A stretch of DNA of 64,000 nucleotides, taken from the NCBI GenBank assembly GCA_015063305.1, contig SVUJ01000003.1:883-64882 (forward strand), written 5' to 3'. Source of the stretch: Oscillospiraceae bacterium (GTDB lineage Bacteria > Bacillota > Clostridia > Oscillospirales > CAG-272). Each line of letters opens with the position of its first letter. Positions within the stretch are counted from its first letter, which is position 1. Position numbers and translations under genes: made by a program. The notes beneath the pieces were generated by a model, which had not been told where the DNA came from, made no database searches, and saw only the letters and a program-made list of their open reading frames with translations. This document shows positions 60,043 through 64,000 of this stretch, piece after piece.

Positions 60043-60839
60043 TCCCAAGGTGTGATATGCACACACACACCCTTTATTGCGACGGAAAGAATACTCCCGA
60101 AGAGATGATACTCGGAGCAATAGATGCGGGGTGTGAGGTCATAGGAATTTCGGGTCACTCACCCCTTGAGGGCGAGGATTGGTGTATGACCGAGGCGGGA
60201 ATGGCGGAATATATCTCCGAGATAACCGCGCTGAAGAGTAAGTACGCCGAACGCATAGAGGTGCTTCTCGGTCTTGAATACGATATGAAGTCGGAGTGCG
60301 ATACCGCGCCGTTTGATTATATCATAGGCTCGGTGCATTACGTCTCGGATATCCCCGTGGATCTGAGCGCCGACAGCCTTAAAAAAGAGATAGAGCGCCG
60401 TTACGGCGGAGATTTTTACGCCTTTGCGCGCGATTATTATGAGAATATGTACGAGCTTGATAAAAAGACAGGCTGTGATATAGTCGGGCATTTTGACCTT
60501 CTGACCAAGTTCAACGAGGGCGGACGCCTTTTTGACGAAAGTGATGAAAGATACCGCAGATATGCTACCGATGCGCTTGATTATCTTATCTCGCGCGATC
60601 TCATTTTTGAGATAAACACGGGTGCTATGTCGCGCGGATATCGCAATTCGCCCTATCCGTCTGAGTTTTTACTTAGAAGAATGATAGAGAAGGGCGGACG
60701 TATAATGCTCAATAGTGACAGTCATTCGGCAAAGAATATATGTTTCGCGTTTAATGAGGCGCTTGAATACGCGAGATACTGTGGGGCTCGGGAGCTTACA
60801 GTCGTAAAGAACGGCAAATTTACCGCTCTCAAAATATAA
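60039..60839 (+). CDS. hisK: histidinol-phosphatase, PHP family
   Basis: [13 protein letters not shown]-terminal PHP motif, then GISGHSP, SVHY, GHFD and NSDSH metal-ligand motifs. Confidence 0.85.
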   Translation: MIPRCDMHTHTLYCDGKNTPEEMILGAIDAGCEVIGISGHSPLEGEDWCMTEAGMAEYISEITALKSKYAERIEVLLGLEYDMKSECDTAPFDYIIGSVHYVSDIPVDLSADSLKKEIERRYGGDFYAFARDYYENMYELDKKTGCDIVGHFDLLTKFNEGGRLFDESDERYRRYATDALDYLISRDLIFEINTGAMSRGYRNSPYPSEFLLRRMIEKGGRIMLNSDSHSAKNICFAFNEALEYARYCGARELTVVKNGKFTALKI

Positions 60840-60850
60840 GGAGCAGAGAT

Positions 60851-61642
60851 ATGTTGGAAAAAAGTAAAGTACTTGCTATTGAGGATATAATCCGTAATGC
60901 GGGTGAAATAATAAGAAGCGCCGACTATTCAAGGCTCGGTATAACACAGAAAACGGGCTCGTCAAATTTTGTTACCGAATATGATGTTAAGGTGCAGAAA
61001 TATCTTGAGGGCGAGCTGAAAAAAGAATTCCCCGAGTGCGGTTTTCTCGCAGAGGAAGAGGGGCAGGGCGAAAATAAAATAGGCGAGGGTTATACCTTTG
61101 TGATAGACCCTATCGACGGAACTACTAACTTTATGCTTGGAAGAAGAAGCTCGGTTATATCTGTCGGTCTGCTTAAGGATGGAAAACCGATATTCGGCGG
61201 AGTATATGACCCTTACAACGATAAGTATTACCACGCGGTTCTGGGCGGTGGGGCTTATTGCAACGACCTACGTATATCTGTGTCTGACCGTTCTCCGCAG
61301 AGCGGGGTGGCGTCGCTCGGAACATCTCCCTACTATAAGGACAGATTTGCCGACGGAGTAGGCAGACTTGCCACGGGGCTTTTGCTTGAGTTTGGCGACA
61401 TAAGGAGAAGCGGCTCGGCGGCGCTTGATATATGCGCTATAGCCTGTGGCGAATGTGACGGACTTTGTGAGCATATACTCTCTCCTTGGGACTATACGGC
61501 AGGGGTTGCGATACTTCGCGAGGCGGGCGGAATTTCATCTGACTTTGACGGAAATGAGCTTAGATTTGATATTCCCACGTCTACCGTTTTCGCATCTGCC
61601 GCGTCATATGACACTATAATGAATGTAATTAAAAAATTATAA
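60851..61642 (+). CDS. inositol monophosphatase family protein (SuhB/HisN-like)
   Basis: EE...DPIDGTTNF and WDYTAG motifs. An AAGGAG RBS lies 11 nt after the PHP phosphatase stop. Confidence 0.85.
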   Translation: MLEKSKVLAIEDIIRNAGEIIRSADYSRLGITQKTGSSNFVTEYDVKVQKYLEGELKKEFPECGFLAEEEGQGENKIGEGYTFVIDPIDGTTNFMLGRRSSVISVGLLKDGKPIFGGVYDPYNDKYYHAVLGGGAYCNDLRISVSDRSPQSGVASLGTSPYYKDRFADGVGRLATGLLLEFGDIRRSGSAALDICAIACGECDGLCEHILSPWDYTAGVAILREAGGISSDFDGNELRFDIPTSTVFASAASYDTIMNVIKKL

Positions 61643-61646
61643 AGAT

Positions 61647-61678
61647 AACACGGGTATCGCTTTCGCGATACCCGTGTT
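61647..61678. terminator. bidirectional terminator at the end of the his operon
   Basis: Perfect 14-bp stem: AACACGGGTATCGC with GCGATACCCGTGTT, followed by TTGTT. Confidence 0.8.
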
Positions 61679-61680
61679 TG

Positions 61681-62994
61681 TTATTCTTTCAAAAGCGGTA
61701 AAAAGGTCTGACATTCTGTGGCTGTCTGTTCCACTCTTTCTCCGCTCAGCGGGTCGAATATCAAGCGGTATGAAAATATAGCAACACCCGAACAATTTTT
61801 AATGCCGTTAGCATATCTAAGGCTTCTCACAAGTATATCCTTGTTTTCTATCCATTCCTTAGCGCCCGTTCCCGCCCAGATATCCTCCGCGCCTCTGTGA
61901 GCGTCATATGCCTTTCCAAGCGTTATTCCTATAATGAGCTTAACCTCTGAGCTTTCGGTCATATCGGAAAATTCCTCGCATATCTGGTCAAAAGGACGCG
62001 TTTCGTGTTCAAAGCCAAAATAGACCTGAGGGCAGATGTAATCTATGTAACCTTTGTTCTGACACCACTTTGCAACGTCTGCATAAAGCTCGTTATAATT
62101 TCTGTCGGTGTTTCCACCCGGACTTATACCAAAAAGAATATCTTTGTTCTTTGCTTTCACTGTGTCGTATATCTCATTTACAAGAGCGTCTATGCTCTCG
62201 CGCCTGAAATCGGCAAGTGATAGCTCGCCGCCTTTTTCTTTATATAGCGAATACGCCGACGAGTCAAACGAGGTGTCGGTCGTAGGATAAAAATAGTCGT
62301 CCATATGTATTCCGTCCACCTCGTAAAGGTTTAGTATCTCAGCCACTCCGTCACAAATAAGCTCTCTGACTTCTTTATACGCGGGATTGAGGTAGAGCAT
62401 ACCGTTTACAGCAACTATGTATTTGCCATACTCGGAGAGATACCAATTTTTTATTTTATAGGTGTTATCTATCAAGGCTATGTCAGTTTCGGACATACAG
62501 CGAAGCGGATTTATCCACGCGTGGACAGATAGGGAATAGCGGTGCGCTATTTCAAGAAAGATAGCGAAAGGGTCGTATTCTGCCTCTTTTCCGTAGCCGT
62601 CGGTTACGTATTTTGAGGTTGGATACAGCGCCGACGGATAGATGCTGTCGCCATTGGGGCGCAGCTGGAATATAACGGTGTTTATCCCAAGTGAGCAGAT
62701 GTTAGACACCATTTTCTCGACCTTTTTGGTATAGTCCTCAACATCACGCTGTCTGCCCGCTTCGGTATAAATCGCCGACATATCAAACTGTGATACCCAT
62801 ATTGCCTTAACCTCATCATAATTTATAATTTTATGATGATTATTGGGATCGATAATATTAGAAGTGTTATTCTTAATATGCTCCGTGTCATTTTTATCCG
62901 CTGTCGAGCCTATAGAAGCCTTGTTTATAATAAGGCATACGCCCGAAAAAACAAGGGCGACAACAAGAATCAAGCCAAGTAAAGATCTGCGCAT
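61681..62994 (-). CDS. glycoside hydrolase-like family 10 (GHL10 / UPF0748) exported protein
   Basis: N-terminal signal anchor RRSLLGLILVVALVFSGVCLI. TIM-barrel-like segments IKAIWVSQFDM, INTVIFQLRPNGDSIYPS, VHAWINPLR and DGIHMDDYFYP. Confidence 0.6.
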   Translation of the reverse strand: MRRSLLGLILVVALVFSGVCLIINKASIGSTADKNDTEHIKNNTSNIIDPNNHHKIINYDEVKAIWVSQFDMSAIYTEAGRQRDVEDYTKKVEKMVSNICSLGINTVIFQLRPNGDSIYPSALYPTSKYVTDGYGKEAEYDPFAIFLEIAHRYSLSVHAWINPLRCMSETDIALIDNTYKIKNWYLSEYGKYIVAVNGMLYLNPAYKEVRELICDGVAEILNLYEVDGIHMDDYFYPTTDTSFDSSAYSLYKEKGGELSLADFRRESIDALVNEIYDTVKAKNKDILFGISPGGNTDRNYNELYADVAKWCQNKGYIDYICPQVYFGFEHETRPFDQICEEFSDMTESSEVKLIIGITLGKAYDAHRGAEDIWAGTGAKEWIENKDILVRSLRYANGIKNCSGVAIFSYRLIFDPLSGERVEQTATECQTFLPLLKE

Positions 62995-63065
62995 AAACAT
63001 CCTCTCTTTTCTTTTTTTTAAAGTATATGTGAGAGGTATATTGTTTTAGAAGCAGATATAAAAAT

Positions 63066-63093
63066 CCCCGATCTCACTTGAATGAGTTCGGGG
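63066..63093 (-). terminator. terminator of icd
   Basis: CCCCGATCTCA pairs with TGAGTTCGGGG (one mismatch). On the minus strand it is followed by UUUUUA. Confidence 0.65.
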
Positions 63094-63108
63094 AACTTTT
63101 ATAATATT

Positions 63109-64000
63109 TTACGAGAGCTTTGCTTCAAGGCGCTCTCTTATAGCTCTTATGAAGTCTATCGAGTTTACTGCCTTTACGCTTGACTTGTCAACCACAAGAC
63201 CAACAAGGTCCTTGGTCATGATGCCATCGTTAAGAGTGTCGATACAAGCCTCCTCAAGCTTATCGGCGAAGCTTACAAGATCGGAAAGACCGTCAAGCTC
63301 ACCTCTCTTGCGAAGAGCGCCCGACCACGCGAATATAGTTGCCATCGGGTTGGTGGAGGTGTCCTCGCCCTTAAGATAACGGTAGTAGTGGCGTGTCACA
63401 GTTCCGTGTGCGGCCTCGTATTCATACTTTCCGTCGGGAGAAACAAGTACCGAGGTCATCATAGCAAGAGAACCAAACGCGGTAGAGACCATATCGGACA
63501 TAACGTCACCGTCATAGTTCTTGCACGCCCAGATGTATCCACCCTCGCTTCTTATAACTCGTGCAACCGCGTCGTCGATGAGAGTGTAGAAATACGTGAT
63601 ACCAAGCTCGTCAAATTTAGCCTTGTATTCCTTGTCGAAAATATCCTGGAAGGTAAGCTTGAAGGTCTGGTCGTACTTCTTTGAAATGGTATCCTTGGTA
63701 GCGAACCAAAGGTCCTGCTTTGTGTCTATGGCGTACTGGAAGCATGAGTGCGCGAAGGACTCGATAGAGCTGTCCTTGTTATACTGACCCTGAAGAACTC
63801 CGCCGCACTCAAAGTCATATATGGTTTCTCTGAACTCGCTTCCGTCTGCCCCCGTAAACACGAGCTCGGCTTTTCCGGGGCCTTCAACTCTATGCTCGGT
63901 AGCTTTGTAAATGTCGCCGTATGCGTGACGGGCGATAGTGATGGGCTTTGTCCAGTTGCGAACAGCGGGCTTTATCGAGTCGATGAGGATAGGAGCGCGG
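63109..64000 (-). CDS. icd: NADP-dependent isocitrate dehydrogenase (IDH1/2-like type), 3' part; the N-terminus lies beyond the window
   Basis: [26 protein letters not shown] and [14 protein letters not shown] motifs. The reading frame stays open to position 64000 (...[24 protein letters not shown]...). Confidence 0.88.
   Translation of the reverse strand, partial: RAPILIDSIKPAVRNWTKPITIARHAYGDIYKATEHRVEGPGKAELVFTGADGSEFRETIYDFECGGVLQGQYNKDSSIESFAHSCFQYAIDTKQDLWFATKDTISKKYDQTFKLTFQDIFDKEYKAKFDELGITYFYTLIDDAVARVIRSEGGYIWACKNYDGDVMSDMVSTAFGSLAMMTSVLVSPDGKYEYEAAHGTVTRHYYRYLKGEDTSTNPMATIFAWSGALRKRGELDGLSDLVSFADKLEEACIDTLNDGIMTKDLVGLVVDKSSVKAVNSIDFIRAIRERLEAKLS

Overview
This is a densely coding chromosomal segment with about 60 CDS on both strands. 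It looks like a Clostridia-class Firmicute, judged from glgBCDAP with glgD, hisZ plus a short hisG, an ECF-type folT behind a THF riboswitch, nrdR, Na+-decarboxylase genes, and a strong preference for ATA, CTT and G-ending Lys/Glu codons. In order the window holds:
- the 3' end of a DegV-like gene;
- a 2-oxoacid dehydrogenase cluster ordered E2, E3, fused E1 alpha/beta, then lplA;
- tRNA-Leu(CAA);
- a 764-aa surface-anchored protein of unknown function;
- an operon of HD hydrolase, deoD and a membrane protein;
- the glycogen operon glgB-C-D-A-P plus a GH13 enzyme;
- a compositionally atypical single-gene island encoding a sigma-70/ECF-like factor with a long C-terminal extension;
- THF riboswitch, folT, folC and a 111-aa unknown;
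- clpC;
- a peptidoglycan-binding / SpoIID-like three-gene module preceded by a small 2-TM gene;
- nrdR;
- a five-gene biotin-dependent Na+-decarboxylase / transcarboxylase-like cluster;
- a GH78 rhamnosidase;
- PiT plus a DUF47 protein;
- ligA, an amidase, rsmI, asd and a ClC channel;
- rplJ-rplL with a leader;
- an HTH regulator plus a membrane protein;
- a complete his operon (TrpR/YerC-like gene, then hisZGDCBHAF-IE, a PHP phosphatase and an IMPase-like gene);
- a GHL10-like lipoprotein;
- the 3' part of an NADP isocitrate dehydrogenase.

I saw no rRNA, CRISPR array, transposase, integrase or prophage genes. Most of the window is housekeeping, and I cannot confidently call any new system. 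The best second-look candidates are:
- the signal-less peptidoglycan module with a holin-like neighbour;
- the orphan extended sigma factor;
- the decarboxylase cluster carrying two different carboxyltransferases;
- the fused-E1 dehydrogenase cluster;
- the unknown gene in the riboswitch-controlled folate operon.

The very long antisense ORFs in the supplied track are explained by codon bias, and I rejected them as genes. All domain calls come from reading motifs in the supplied translations; no database search was run.
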